Part shown: one piece after another, positions 19,630-31,415 of the stretch
Layout: the number at the start of each line of letters is the position of its first letter
Numbering within the stretch: the first letter of the stretch is position 1
DNA from: a virus
DNA length: 64,000 nt
Direction: 5' to 3' (one strand)
IMG/VR virus record: IMGVR_UViG_3300023223_000479
Notes under the pieces: generated by a model
Told to the model about the DNA's origin: nothing
What the model saw: the letters and a program-made list of their open reading frames with translations, nothing else
Databases searched by the model: none
Program-made: the position numbers and the translations under genes

Positions 19630-21143
19630 TATGCCGCTAAATTAGGTAGCCCCTGTCTGTTTCCGCCTTCCTCAGCAGAGAAGTTTGTAAGATCAAATCC
19701 ATCTGCTCCTCCCCCTGATATTAAATTTGTAGTAACGTTATAGGCTACCATAAATTGATTAGCAGCAGCACCCGCTACAGCAAAAGTAGAGCCTCCCGCT
19801 ATAATTGTAGTATTATGTATTCTGGCCCTATTAGCCCCTGAACTAAACTTAACAGCTACAGGAGAATTACCCGCTGCTGTTCCTGATGCCTGATTTATTT
19901 GACTCCATCCAATCCTACCTGAATTCTGTCCCGCACCTATCCTAGAATCTTGCGTCAATGCTATCCGACAATTCCATATAAATGCTCCATTGCGTAGCTG
20001 AGAAATACCCGTACATGATAGGAAATCACAAGCCTCAACAAATCCATCCACAAATCCACAGCTAACCCCTATCTCTGTTCTCCAAATGTTACCGGTGAGA
20101 ATACCCCCATTAGATAGAATACTTAGCCTTATTCTACACCTTAAGATACTTCCAGGCGCTATAGCTCCATCAATAGCATTATTATCAAAGAAACACTCTG
20201 AGAGAGTCCCTATTAGAGTTCCGGCATTACCTCCAAAACTAAACTGAGCCTGAGTAACCAAACGGTATCCAGTACCATCAAAGGAATTACCCACCCCCAC
20301 AGCAAACTCTCCCAAACATTCAAAGAACCCTGCTATAATAACATCAGCACTCCAATTTAATCCTAAAGCCCCACTACTACAATTATCATAGGAGCCTCCT
20401 ATTGTAGCCCCTACTACTGAATCCATATCTAAAAATGTTCCTGTAGTGCTAACCACATGAACCCTAAGCCAATGTCCTCCAATATCGGTGATACCTACTC
20501 CTGCCTTAATTTCTCCATCCACTATTATATCCTGGTAATGGTGCCGACTCCTACCAAACCCATCTAATGTATCTTGATTGATAGTTATAGACTTACAGTT
20601 AAACCCTCCTATCCATGTTTCAGTATCATGCCCCGCATCGATGGTTATATCTCCCAGATACAATCTTGTAGCCCCTGCAAAAGCATCTATCTCTACGCGC
20701 CTATCCGCTATTTCTACTGCTGTCCAAGTCTCAATAGCAGGCTTAACACTAGGGCAAGGAATAAACCTCTCAGCGAGTAAAGTAACCCCCTGTTTAATAT
20801 TACCATCCTCCCCGCTAAAATCGCCTTGATTAACCACTATTACCCACCACTGACCCATAAGATCATCAGCACGATCTATAGCAGTTTGTAGAATCTTATA
20901 GGGTTTGTTACGGTCCTGCTCTTTGGCCTTTCCATCATCTCCTCCAACCAGATCTACAAATATAACCCCATAGAATGTAGGTTTGTATGTTCCATCTGGT
21001 ATGTTCCAATTCCCATCCTTATCTAAAAAACTATCGGCAGGAGCACCCCCACTACCAGGGACTACTCCAGGATTAGACCCCTTATATACTCCCCATCTTC
21101 CTTTCTGGGTTAAGCCGTCAAAGTTACTTTTTCCTCCACCCAT
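19629..21143 (-). CDS. Tail spike/fibre with right-handed beta-helix
   Basis: VDLVGGDDG...KPYKILQTAIDRA pectate-lyase-like start, then Gly/Asn/Cys-rich beta repeats; 504 aa. Confidence 0.65.
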   Translation of the reverse strand: MGGGKSNFDGLTQKGRWGVYKGSNPGVVPGSGGAPADSFLDKDGNWNIPDGTYKPTFYGVIFVDLVGGDDGKAKEQDRNKPYKILQTAIDRADDLMGQWWVIVVNQGDFSGEDGNIKQGVTLLAERFIPCPSVKPAIETWTAVEIADRRVEIDAFAGATRLYLGDITIDAGHDTETWIGGFNCKSITINQDTLDGFGRSRHHYQDIIVDGEIKAGVGITDIGGHWLRVHVVSTTGTFLDMDSVVGATIGGSYDNCSSGALGLNWSADVIIAGFFECLGEFAVGVGNSFDGTGYRLVTQAQFSFGGNAGTLIGTLSECFFDNNAIDGAIAPGSILRCRIRLSILSNGGILTGNIWRTEIGVSCGFVDGFVEACDFLSCTGISQLRNGAFIWNCRIALTQDSRIGAGQNSGRIGWSQINQASGTAAGNSPVAVKFSSGANRARIHNTTIIAGGSTFAVAGAAANQFMVAYNVTTNLISGGGADGFDLTNFSAEEGGNRQGLPNLAA

Positions 21144-21145
21144 GA

Positions 21146-21391
21146 TTAAGCATTTGTTACTATCACCTTAGGACCACCTACATCATCAAATGTAAAATTT
21201 ATAGGCTGATATAGTGCGGTATCTGGATCAGTGGTATCCAATAAAGCCCACTGAGCAGGAGTTTTTGATTCATCCAATACAGGATGGTAAAGCCAGTTAG
21301 AGCCTGCCATAAATTTTATCTCATCTGTGAGATCGAGTTTAGGCTCTAGCTCTGTAGCGGCTGATAATAATTGTGGTCCTGTTAATGCCAT
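21146..21391 (-). CDS. Small structural protein
   Basis: 81 aa in the fibre operon. Confidence 0.6.
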   Translation of the reverse strand: MALTGPQLLSAATELEPKLDLTDEIKFMAGSNWLYHPVLDESKTPAQWALLDTTDPDTALYQPINFTFDDVGGPKVIVTNA

Positions 21392-21394
21392 ATC

Positions 21395-22450
21395 TTAAAA
21401 GTATGCGTCTATTCTAACTTCATTTAAGGTGTCAGCAGGGTCATGCTGAACAAATTGCAAATCTTTAACCTGCTCCTCCCCTATCACCTCTACAGTATCA
21501 TGGTCCCTTATTGGTTGACCATTAACTAAATTCAATGTAGCATTAACCCCATAATATACAGGGTTGACTGCTGTAGTAGTGGGTTGTGCTATAACCGTAA
21601 ATATAGCCCTTGTGGCTCCAAAGCTTGCCAATATGGCTCCTATGCTTACTACTGTATTACCTCCTAGGACAATGCTAGTACCCAATAAAAATACCCAGGG
21701 TCTACCGTTCTCAGGATGGAGTAATGTTTTATTAAGAGTTACCCCCTCCAAATACGCTTGAGTAGTGGTGTTATAGTATGATGTTAAAAGTATTACTGGG
21801 TTATTGGATGTAAGAGTCCAGAATATATATTTGATTTGGTCTATCAAATCTCCCTCATTGTATTTACCTACAAACTCTGCAAGAGCTACAAACCTATCCT
21901 CCTGCTTCTGTATCCTCCCCTTAATAGGCTCCATAGTTCCTACAGGTACGTAAGTTACTGTAGGATCAAGTATAGTAACAAATGAGAAAGATATTACCCC
22001 ATCCTCACTTGTAATCTGCTGATAGGCATACGTACCATTGGAGCTATCCCTGAAAATTATAAATTGGTCAGAATCACTATCATCTACTATATCCGCTAAT
22101 ATAGCTGATAGGGTAGCCTCAGACGCTAACCCTGGTCCTCCAGGTGCTCCCACTGGCATAGACTGTAATAAGCTTTGTAACTGCTCTAGGAGTACGTCTA
22201 TATCATTACCGTGTGGAGGTAAAGTAGCTATTGGATCAGCTACCCTAGTGGGATCTATAATATATTTTGCAGCGCTGGATGTCCAGTTAGTGGGGTTAAG
22301 TAATATTGCAGAAACCTTTTTACCGCTAATATTTGTTTTTGCCTTTGATAGCTCGTATCCATTGATAGGTAAATACTTTGGTTGGTCCTCATAATCAGGG
22401 TGAATCATTTTGATTCCAGCCGAATTAGGAGCTATAGAAAATACTATCAT
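21395..22450 (-). CDS. Putative virion protein (351 aa)
   Basis: First gene of the fibre operon; beta-rich with a Pro/Gly linker. Confidence 0.6.
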   Translation of the reverse strand: MIVFSIAPNSAGIKMIHPDYEDQPKYLPINGYELSKAKTNISGKKVSAILLNPTNWTSSAAKYIIDPTRVADPIATLPPHGNDIDVLLEQLQSLLQSMPVGAPGGPGLASEATLSAILADIVDDSDSDQFIIFRDSSNGTYAYQQITSEDGVISFSFVTILDPTVTYVPVGTMEPIKGRIQKQEDRFVALAEFVGKYNEGDLIDQIKYIFWTLTSNNPVILLTSYYNTTTQAYLEGVTLNKTLLHPENGRPWVFLLGTSIVLGGNTVVSIGAILASFGATRAIFTVIAQPTTTAVNPVYYGVNATLNLVNGQPIRDHDTVEVIGEEQVKDLQFVQHDPADTLNEVRIDAYF

Positions 22451-22549
22451 TGTGTTGAGGTATCGTTAACTGGCAAATTAACAATATTATATCATATAAT
22501 CAATAAAAATTTACCTTCCTAATATGGTAAGATATTTTTTGTAAAATTT

Positions 22550-22867
22550 TTACAACCCCCTGAATATCTTTATACCTATAAACCTCAACATCCTAAGCAG
22601 TACAATCTTTCTCCTCCTCCTAATAGATATCCCAAATAGTACTATCTTACTCCGCTTAATATTGGGCTTACTTAACTCCCTCAACCTTTTAAGATCCTCA
22701 ATCACTCCTGATAAACTTTGTAGCCTTTCATCTGAGAAATCAGGAGGTAATCCTAGTATAATAGAATTTACCCTGAACTCCTGCCAATCACACCTGATAC
22801 TCTCTACTAAAGCTATCCTATCCTCTATAGTTGAGTTATCCATTATGTAGGTATTATCGGTTATCAT
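22550..22867 (-). CDS. Hypothetical protein
   Basis: Stop codon inside palindrome 22540. Confidence 0.55.
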   Translation of the reverse strand: MITDNTYIMDNSTIEDRIALVESIRCDWQEFRVNSIILGLPPDFSDERLQSLSGVIEDLKRLRELSKPNIKRSKIVLFGISIRRRRKIVLLRMLRFIGIKIFRGL

Positions 22868-23459
22868 ACTTATTTATCAGCTTATTACCATTGCCCATCC
22901 ATATACAACTTCTATCAAACGCATCTGATACGTTTTGTATATAACCTCCCTCAGTTATAATACTCTTCAACTTAGATTTAAATCCTATTAATGATAGGCT
23001 AGATTTTAAATTATTACACCCCTTACAAGCAGGAACAATTATTCTGCCTCCTTGAGATACTGGTATTAAATGGTCTTTAGTTGAAAGTATTTCCCAATCA
23101 AAGCGTACTCCACAATAAAAACACGAATTACCTTTAAGTCTAAAATAATCAGTTAAATGCTTCTGTATCTTAGCTCTTTTATCTCTGTTAGATAGCGCTC
23201 TCTCAGATTTACTAGAAGGAAAGGTATTTACTATTATCGGAGAAATTAACTCCTCTCTACTATAAATAATGGGTAAATTTTTTAGTCTCTGTAACCCCTG
23301 CTTATTTCCGCTGGACATAGTACCGTATACAACCTTAACAGTCTTTGGAGATACCCTTATCACTGGATACCAAATAGCACCAATACCTCCTATATACTCC
23401 TCTCCAAACTTATCAGGAGTCCTCTGCTTATATACATAATATTTTTCTAAGATGATCAT
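22854..23459 (-). CDS. HNH endonuclease
   Basis: CFYCG...TKDHLIPVSQGG...ACKGCNNLK. Confidence 0.85.
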   Translation of the reverse strand: MIILEKYYVYKQRTPDKFGEEYIGGIGAIWYPVIRVSPKTVKVVYGTMSSGNKQGLQRLKNLPIIYSREELISPIIVNTFPSSKSERALSNRDKRAKIQKHLTDYFRLKGNSCFYCGVRFDWEILSTKDHLIPVSQGGRIIVPACKGCNNLKSSLSLIGFKSKLKSIITEGGYIQNVSDAFDRSCIWMGNGNKLINKYDNR

Positions 23460-23463
23460 TACC

Positions 23464-25968
23464 TTACTTTATAATTCCGTTTCTCTTACCGTAGGGTATC
23501 CTCCAGGCATTAACCTTATTAGTAATCATCCTAACGGCCTTACCTATATCCTCAGTTAATGGGCGCTTCCAAATTACTTTTGTCTTCCACCACTCAACTG
23601 CCTTCCATACCTCCATAGTTAATCTCCTCAAATCTGATCCCCTAAACCCATCATTAAGCCTATGCAATATAGCAAACTCTACAAACTTCTTTTCCTCTGC
23701 TATCTCAGCCTTTCTCTGATCCCTCATCTCCCATAATTCACGGATGACCCACATATAATTAACCCTCTCCTGCCGACTATTAATATAGTATTCTATATCC
23801 TCCAAATCTATTTGATCATAGTTCAATACTGCCTTATCATCTCTATAGATTTTAAAGGATAATCTGTTCTTTCTCTTATGTCCTAAATCTCTCCAATCCC
23901 AATCATTACTAACCTCATCCTCTGGGTTATACTTTATCAATAGCTGCTCTGTTTTGTACCTTATTTTTAATCTTTTAGATACCCTGGACTCACTATTATA
24001 GTATGTCTTTGAATCGTCTGTATAATGCCTATAGCTGTACTCAGACCAATACCATTCATAATCCTTAGTACCTCTGGGAGAATTTTTAAACATCTCCTCT
24101 AGCTGCTGAATAGCACTATCTATAACCGTCTGATCCTTATCTATCCATACCTCATGAGTATTTACAGGTTTACCATAACCCATACTATCATGTAATACTA
24201 CCTCTCCCTTATTTTTACCCTCAGTGCCTTGCTTATATATATAAACGGTCCTAGTCTCTTCCACCCACATACTCTCTACGGTATATATACCATCTTTAGG
24301 CTGATTAGGTAAACTGTATACGTCTTTATCTTTCCATCCACTACCAAACCTACCGTCTAATCTATCTGTAATATCCCGCCCAAACCCTCCTATAACAATT
24401 ACTCTAGACCCTCTCTCTATCTTATCGTTAGCCTCATCCTTAAATCTACCAAAAGGTAACATACCATCAGGCAATACGTACTCATCATCCTGCACAAATA
24501 GAAGTACGCCCTTATGAGTATCAGGATTAGAGAAACTGAATCCTGCCGGTATAGGTTTAAATATATCTGTTCTGTCCAATATCCCCTGTAGCATCAGCGC
24601 CTTTTTCATGTACGGAAACTGTTTCTCATACATCTCATCAGATATCTTATCTCTCTTCTCCTCAGAGGTATAGCTGTTAAATTTCCCTGATAATTCCTGA
24701 TAATGGTTTTCCATCTCAGATAACAAGGGAAACATTCTAGGCTGAAAGTTAATATTGCTGCATATCCTGTATATCTTCTCACCATTACGGATTAAAATAT
24801 ATGTAGACCTATCATCTTGATTCCTTTGTGCATTAGCCCAAAAGTTAGCCTCTCCCTTATAGTATGCTCTCGTTTGTCTGGATATCTGTAACGCCACTAT
24901 TCCCTTTTCAGTCGGAATCAATCGTTCATAATTAATACCCTCCTTATCATTCATAGGCTCACATAACCACCTATCAAAGTCTTGTATATTACCTGAGTGT
25001 ATTCCTGGTACTCCCTCCTTTAGTATTCTGGGATCTCCTGCCTCCTCATCCATATACAAAAGCATCTGAAACAAATGTATTACCTCTTTAGGAGATGCAG
25101 GAGTACCGTCCTGTATTTGTATTACCTTCTCATGCACTCCCAGATATAACTCAATCACAGCAATCATCTCCTGCATCTTTTTGATCTTCTTTTGAAAGTC
25201 AGCCACAATCAATTGCATCTCATCCATTATTAAGGATAACTCATTTTTCTTACCCTCAATCTTTTTCTTTTCTAATTCAATCTTATCCATTAGAGATCTC
25301 TCCATCAGCATAAACCTCCTATTCATAGAGGCTTTAACTATAGCAACATGCTTACTCTTCTCCTCAAGATCCTCTTTAACTCCCTCAATAACATCCTTAT
25401 TTATCCTGCCTATTAAGGCAGTACCGGAATCAAAATTAACCGACTCATCCCAATATTTATCAGTTCCCGCTATCCCTACCTGCTTCAATCCCATAGCCTC
25501 CTCTTGGTACTCTGATAGGGGCTTATTCAATCGTAACCAGTCCTTATCAAACCCTGCCTCTAAGCTTTTAGGCGTTTCGTCGTCTACCCATTGCTCAGGG
25601 TCATCCTGCCTTAACCAAGATAGCCACACCTTTACCGGCTTAATCCATATTACATCCTCATCTGTTACCTCTCCTGCATCGTATGCGGTACGTAAGTGCT
25701 CTCTCCCTGGTACACTCTTAGTTACAAACTTATACTTATTATATATCTCTCTGGTAGCAGTCCAATCAATCTCAGATTCCTGCACCTCAATCTTAGCTAC
25801 TCTATATATCTCTCCATCAGGCTTAATATATACTATCCCTACCCTCACCTCATTAGGCTTACCCAAATCCTTTAGTCTCTGATCTACATATTCAAGATCA
25901 TCCATCTCCTTAATCACCTGCTGTTGATGCTGAGGAGATATAGTGTTTTGTATTTGTGCCGGTTTCAT
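23464..25968 (-). CDS. Large hypothetical protein (834 aa) with a central coiled coil
   Basis: Long intact ORF; no catalytic motif recognised. Confidence 0.85.
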   Translation of the reverse strand: MKPAQIQNTISPQHQQQVIKEMDDLEYVDQRLKDLGKPNEVRVGIVYIKPDGEIYRVAKIEVQESEIDWTATREIYNKYKFVTKSVPGREHLRTAYDAGEVTDEDVIWIKPVKVWLSWLRQDDPEQWVDDETPKSLEAGFDKDWLRLNKPLSEYQEEAMGLKQVGIAGTDKYWDESVNFDSGTALIGRINKDVIEGVKEDLEEKSKHVAIVKASMNRRFMLMERSLMDKIELEKKKIEGKKNELSLIMDEMQLIVADFQKKIKKMQEMIAVIELYLGVHEKVIQIQDGTPASPKEVIHLFQMLLYMDEEAGDPRILKEGVPGIHSGNIQDFDRWLCEPMNDKEGINYERLIPTEKGIVALQISRQTRAYYKGEANFWANAQRNQDDRSTYILIRNGEKIYRICSNINFQPRMFPLLSEMENHYQELSGKFNSYTSEEKRDKISDEMYEKQFPYMKKALMLQGILDRTDIFKPIPAGFSFSNPDTHKGVLLFVQDDEYVLPDGMLPFGRFKDEANDKIERGSRVIVIGGFGRDITDRLDGRFGSGWKDKDVYSLPNQPKDGIYTVESMWVEETRTVYIYKQGTEGKNKGEVVLHDSMGYGKPVNTHEVWIDKDQTVIDSAIQQLEEMFKNSPRGTKDYEWYWSEYSYRHYTDDSKTYYNSESRVSKRLKIRYKTEQLLIKYNPEDEVSNDWDWRDLGHKRKNRLSFKIYRDDKAVLNYDQIDLEDIEYYINSRQERVNYMWVIRELWEMRDQRKAEIAEEKKFVEFAILHRLNDGFRGSDLRRLTMEVWKAVEWWKTKVIWKRPLTEDIGKAVRMITNKVNAWRIPYGKRNGIIK

Positions 25969-25996
25969 AAATAATTGAGATGTAAAAATTTTACAC

Positions 25997-26359
25997 TTAT
26001 CTAGCAGTTTTAAAATTACCGTCCTTACACTCTCTCATATGGTCCGTACATGATCCTTTCTCAAAATCTCCAGATATTGTATAAATATGTAGGTAATTAG
26101 TTTTAACTACCTTACCTCCTCTATGATAAGTATATTTACGCTCTGTTATAATCCTCCTACCATCAACTATCATATAGCAGTTTCCCTCTTTACCTTTCAT
26201 TGACTGGTCATGGTTTATAGTGATATCAGAGTAAGTAGCATCTTTAACTACTGTAGGGTTCTCCCTTATACCTTCCCCTCCTAGATTGTACAGATCATTA
26301 AACCCCTCACTCAATCGCCTATGTCTAGCTATAAGTTCTGTATATGTTAAGTCGTTCAT
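25997..26359 (-). CDS. Hypothetical protein
   Basis: Own TACCTTTG box (26382-26389); single gene between palindromes 25981 and 26419. Confidence 0.7.
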   Translation of the reverse strand: MNDLTYTELIARHRRLSEGFNDLYNLGGEGIRENPTVVKDATYSDITINHDQSMKGKEGNCYMIVDGRRIITERKYTYHRGGKVVKTNYLHIYTISGDFEKGSCTDHMRECKDGNFKTAR

Positions 26360-26442
26360 AACCTTATTACTTTATTATAATCAAAGGTAAGCTTTCATAC
26401 TTACAATTCCTAACTACCTGTAAAATTTTTACACCCTATATA

Positions 26443-26473
26443 ACAAGAAAGAGCCGGTCATTAGTACCGGCTC
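26443..26473 (-). terminator. Rho-independent terminator
   Basis: GAGCCGGT-ACTAATG-ACCGGCTC followed by TTTCTTGTT. Confidence 0.8.
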
Positions 26474-26716
26474 CCTGAAAAACTACTGTAGGGTTGGATG
26501 GATTATATTTTACTCTGTATTGGATTGCCTAGCACTCCTAGAGTCGTTTAACGCTTCAGTACAAATATGACTATTTCTTTTTACTTCTGCAAGTGTTCTT
26601 AACCTTACCCTCTATATACATCCACTCATCTATCTTATCCAATAATCCCTCATGAGTCTTCTTAGTACCTAAGATAGCATCTCTATTGCTGTGATATTGT
26701 CTCTTAGAGTATCCCA

Positions 26717-27265
26717 TTAGCTTTTATTCTCCTGATAGGCTAATACGTTAGATAAAATAACTTGAGTCTCTTCGATAGATAACTCCTTACCTCCAGGTAT
26801 CTTACCCTTACCTCTAGCCCATTCCCACATATCTAAAGTTTCATTTGTAGGTTTAAAATCCACCACATATAACGCTGAGTCTATCTCACCTCCACTTATC
26901 CAGTACTGCTTACCAGGGGCTAACACCTCACCTACAGGAGTGTAATCATCTGGTATAGTAAAGTCACCTCCTAAGGGGATCAATACTACCTTTTTAGCAA
27001 ACACCTCAACCCATAACACGTTAAGCCCCTTGAGTATTTTTGATACTACAAAAAACTCTCTACTGAGTATATTGTTTATAGTATCTAATTGTTTAGGGCT
27101 TTTTGCTTTTATCTTATACCTGTTATGCCTAAGTATTCCACGCTTTTCATTAGATATATCACAAGATATACCATGGACTTTCAGCCTATGCCTTATAACA
27201 TATGAACTAAACCTATACATAGTTATAGGATCAAACTCATAAGGAGGTTTATTTATCTCACCCAT
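26717..27265 (-). CDS. Hypothetical protein (182 aa)
   Basis: Coupled ORF. Confidence 0.7.
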   Translation of the reverse strand: MGEINKPPYEFDPITMYRFSSYVIRHRLKVHGISCDISNEKRGILRHNRYKIKAKSPKQLDTINNILSREFFVVSKILKGLNVLWVEVFAKKVVLIPLGGDFTIPDDYTPVGEVLAPGKQYWISGGEIDSALYVVDFKPTNETLDMWEWARGKGKIPGGKELSIEETQVILSNVLAYQENKS

Positions 27266-27806
27266 GATTATTTGCTTTAGGATTCACATACACGCATAGG
27301 GCATCCTCATCATAGCTCACCCCTAACTCTATAATAATCATTAGAATAGGAATAACATCCATACTCTCCAGGTAGTCTATTTTTATCTGTTTAGTGTTAG
27401 ACCGTCTAACCCATTGAATGCTCTTGTAAGAAATGCCTTTTTGCCTCATAGATATAGTCAGGTCCAGTACGCTATATACTTCTTTCTTGATAACCTCTAC
27501 AGGCTTCTCAGGGTACATCTCTCTCTTCCAATTATCATAAGCTTTTATGCCCATGAGCTTAAGCGCTACACCCTCAGCGCTCTCAATAATAACGTAGCTA
27601 AATTGATTATCACAGATAGCCTCCATCATTGTAGGCTCACTCCGATACAGCGCCTCAAACACTCTTATATCCTCAGGCAATTGTAAGCATTCGGGACCAT
27701 CACAGAGGGTAACTGTCACCTGATCCGGTTTAAGGAATCTATCTAACCTAAATAATATCTCAACATTATCATCTAATGGAGATACATAATTAGCATTACT
27801 ATTCAT
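27258..27806 (-). CDS. Hypothetical protein (182 aa)
   Basis: Coupled ORF. Confidence 0.7.
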   Translation of the reverse strand: MNSNANYVSPLDDNVEILFRLDRFLKPDQVTVTLCDGPECLQLPEDIRVFEALYRSEPTMMEAICDNQFSYVIIESAEGVALKLMGIKAYDNWKREMYPEKPVEVIKKEVYSVLDLTISMRQKGISYKSIQWVRRSNTKQIKIDYLESMDVIPILMIIIELGVSYDEDALCVYVNPKANNHG

Positions 27807-28086
27807 TTGATTATTTTTTAATACGCAATTATTGACAAGATAGTATATTTAGGCGGTATAATCAAATACCAAAGCAAAGGCTATCATTAACAACCTTATG
27901 AGGGATCAGGTGCCCGTAGGTACTATAGAGAGTGATAGCTATCAGAGATACTGAGGCTATCTTTGAGATAATAAAATTTTTCATCGTTGTAAGCGTTTTG
28001 TTTAATAATACCTAAAGGTAAGGTTTGTATAATTACCAAACAACTGCTTACATCTAAAATATATAATAATATATAAAAATTTTACA

Positions 28087-28116
28087 AAAAAAAGAGGCTC
28101 CCGAATAAAGAGCCTC
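28087..28116 (-). terminator. Rho-independent terminator abutting palindrome 28072
   Basis: GAGGCTC-TTTATTCGG-GAGCCTC plus a T-run that leads straight into the palindrome. Confidence 0.8.
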
Positions 28117-28202
28117 AATTAATTGCGCTTAAAAAATATATGACCATTACGACTATTCCAACATCAAACAAAGCTAATAAAAATTAACGAATATACAAAG
28201 CC

Positions 28203-29770
28203 CTATACCTGCTCTATTCTGAATAGATTAAACTCAAATAGTATCAGTAACAAATATAAGAGAAACCACCACACAGATTTATTACAGTCTGCTACCATAT
28301 ATACCGGTATCACTATCACTATCCCGGTTACTATTCTATTCAATACAGCGACCACAAACCTTCTCTTACCTAATCTATGGGTAGGCCAATTAACATCCCT
28401 TACCTTCCTGGATATATCCCTCACCCTTAATCTCTTTACCTCCATACCTCTTATAGTACCTACATATAGACCTAATAAGAACGTTATAGCTATTATAATA
28501 GTAATCATGGTAATAGCTCCTCTGGATCTCCTTTATCTTCCTGGTCATCGTCTAACACCCACTGCTGGCAAAATATAGACTTAGGTGATCCCTGCTCATT
28601 CCTTACCCCCATGAATGCCCCTGATACCGGCTCATACCCTTCTGAGTCTGCTTTATTACATAGAGTATTGAATGCCCTTGCATCATCAGCAGCTACCATT
28701 ATATACTTAACTTTCATATCCAAAGATATCAATATTTTACCAAAAGAAAAAGCCGGTAACTATACCGACTTTCTACTTAATGTATAGCGTACTATTACCC
28801 TAACAAAGAATTGATATGAGTAAGTCCAAATTCGGTAACAGTATTTTCCTGTAACATCGGATTCATTCTTACCTTCTTATTATTATTTGTCACATCTATA
28901 TAATAAGATTCGTCCTTATATACAAAAGGTTTAACAAGATCCCATTTTAATAAAGCCCCATAATCATTTCTAAAATAATCTCCCTCAGGATAATTAGTAC
29001 CTATATCTCTGGCTCTGGTTTCTCCATCATAATCAGGATCAGATTTTTTCTGTTCAATTGCCAATGATAGCAAAAGGTGTAACTGCTCAAGTGTTAATTT
29101 ATTCATGATTGTAAATATTTAATTTCGTTATCTATTATATCTGTAGCTGACTCAATAGGAAGTTCTGGGTACTCCTCGCATACCCCACTCTGGCAAACGT
29201 AACAATAACTATCACAAGCCGATACATCCCAATCATCAGTAACTACATTATAAACTTCCTCTGTAGTTACCCAATATATACAAAATGATCCCTCACCTCC
29301 ACAATCCACCCTATACTTAATACCTGCATAATGATCCCCATAAGTAGCATTAACATCATAAGCGTTTAACCTATCACTTTCATAATCTCTACCCTCTATA
29401 GGATCTACTAGGGCTTTAATCTTATCAAATAATCTCTTAGCATGACTCATGATACCTCCTCCCTCATTTCCTTACTCCACTGAGTCAAAAATACGTATAG
29501 GGGGTGAGGATCATTATCTCCTACTCTAATTATTCTCACCCCTATAATAGCATAATCACCTTTATCTACCCTAACCATATAGACACCTCTCCTCATAGCA
29601 GGTATCCTATGTACTGTCTTACCTATCGGTCCTGATACATGAGGCTTATCTACCTGAATTCTAGGCATCGTGCTAAGCCTCTTAATTACAAGCTTATTTA
29701 CCTCCTGCTGATTCCTAATAATTTTGTTATCAGTTTCATAACTCATAGTTGTAAGTGTTTGGTGTAACAA
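28203..29770 (-). other. Run of five small hypothetical genes (28203-28508 membrane, 28505-28732, 28795-29106, 29103-29450, 29447-about 29745)
   Basis: Overlapping, co-directional ORFs; hairpin terminator at about 28742-28772; TACCTTTG box at 29775-29782. Confidence 0.65.
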
Positions 29771-30249
29771 TAACCAAAGGTAAGGTTTATATAATTAACA
29801 TCCTAATAAGAAAGGTAGCCCCGTATAGAGACTACCTTTACCAACGTTTAGAAAGCAATGACCCTTAATAGATCATCTTATTTGAAAGAACGAGACTAAC
29901 TATATTTTATAATCAAAGTAAAGGGTTTCTCTTTTATCCTCAAACGTATTTAAGTAGTTGCTCTGGGAATCAGTCTAAGTATCTGATTCAACTCATTTTT
30001 ATTCTCACAGTCACAACGAGAGCTTACCCTTTACTTTGACTACTACCTTACGAAATTTTTTACAATCTCTGCGATAGGTCTATCATAGTTCCTTCTATAA
30101 GAGGAAAAGGAAATAATAGAAATATTTATATTATTAGATACAGGTTTATACTCTGCCTTCTGCCTTACTTTTTTCTTTTGTGCCATACCCCAATATAACA
30201 ATTTACCCTTACCTATCAAACCTCTGAGGAAGTGTAAAATTTTTACAGG

Positions 30250-30813
30250 TTACTTACTCAGTCTACTACTCAACTCCTTAATTACATCTCTCCAAACATC
30301 GCCCCCTCTAAACTTATCTACATAAGATTTTTTACCTACATAAATAGATGCCCTAGATTTATTTAAATATTTAGCTAATGTAGGTATAGTGTTTCCCCTA
30401 ATGCACTCAAACTCAATACACATACCAACTATTAGAGCCGATCTACCTACAGATCCAGGAGACATTTTATATACGCACTTCTTTATAAGATTGTACCTAT
30501 CTATATCATTTTCTATATAGCCTAATCTCCTTTTAAATTCAAGTCGGGATATATCTGGACCATCCCCTATATCTAACCCTACCTTAATAGGTATAACCTC
30601 TGTCTTAGGTTCTGAGGACATAATTACGGTAGGTCTGGATCTACTTTGTTTACTCTCCTCCTTAATTGCTCTCTTAAGCTCCTCCTCAGCCTCAGCAATC
30701 TCCTTAGTAGTAAACCCCACATCCTTACCTCCAGATAATAATGATGAGGCTCTATCCATTACCTCGTAATACTCTCCCACAAGCTTTATTTTTACCTCTA
30801 CTTCTACCTGCAT
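30250..30813 (-). CDS. Hypothetical protein with possible C-terminal HTH
   Basis: TIPTLAKYLNKSRASIY resembles an HTH. Confidence 0.6.
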   Translation of the reverse strand: MQVEVEVKIKLVGEYYEVMDRASSLLSGGKDVGFTTKEIAEAEEELKRAIKEESKQSRSRPTVIMSSEPKTEVIPIKVGLDIGDGPDISRLEFKRRLGYIENDIDRYNLIKKCVYKMSPGSVGRSALIVGMCIEFECIRGNTIPTLAKYLNKSRASIYVGKKSYVDKFRGGDVWRDVIKELSSRLSK

Positions 30814-30856
30814 AATTAACCTCTTTATCTTAAAAATTTCTTTAAGTCCTCGGATA

Positions 30857-31177
30857 TTAGTTGATCTCAGCAGCCCTAGGACTATTGCAATTAAAATCTA
30901 ATGTACCATTAGTACAGTTCCCGTTAGGGATAGTATCTGAGGTTGGTCCTCCCACACAACAAGTAACCATAGCTACAGCAGCAGATGGGTTATTACTATC
31001 CCTTGCCGTCACTTGATAAACCTCATTCCCTACCGGAATAATAAAATCATAATCGCTTGCTGCTTTTATCACACGCTTCTCCTCCCCTACCCTGGTACAT
31101 GTACCTGTAGCCCCATATGTAACCTTCACAAGGAAGTCACAGTTTGGAGTTTGATTACTTACATTAAATAAGGGCAT
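30857..31177 (-). CDS. Cys-rich beta-sandwich-like hypothetical protein
   Basis: 106 aa with six Cys; TATATTTAGG box upstream. Confidence 0.6.
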   Translation of the reverse strand: MPLFNVSNQTPNCDFLVKVTYGATGTCTRVGEEKRVIKAASDYDFIIPVGNEVYQVTARDSNNPSAAVAMVTCCVGGPTSDTIPNGNCTNGTLDFNCNSPRAAEIN

Positions 31178-31415
31178 TATTTTTATTATTTATTTTACTA
31201 AAATTAATTATCCAATACCTAAATATACTACCTACCTATTGAATATCAAACACCCCCTATATAGCCTCTACATCGCCTACCTACAACTATCTCTCCTGCT
31301 ATGTACTAATGTATGATATAGGCTTGGAATTGATTACATCGTCTTATTTACAATAAGACCTAAATGCAAAATATCCCAGATCTATCAGGGATACTCTACT
31401 GTAAAAATTTTACAC

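Noticed and set aside
19605-30064. Partial motif matches at 19605 (TGTAAAATTTTGTAG), 21191 (TGTAAAATTTATAGG) and 30050 (ACGAAATTTTTTACA)
   Set aside because: Three or more mismatches with only a half-site intact; plausible by chance in AT-rich DNA, so not counted.
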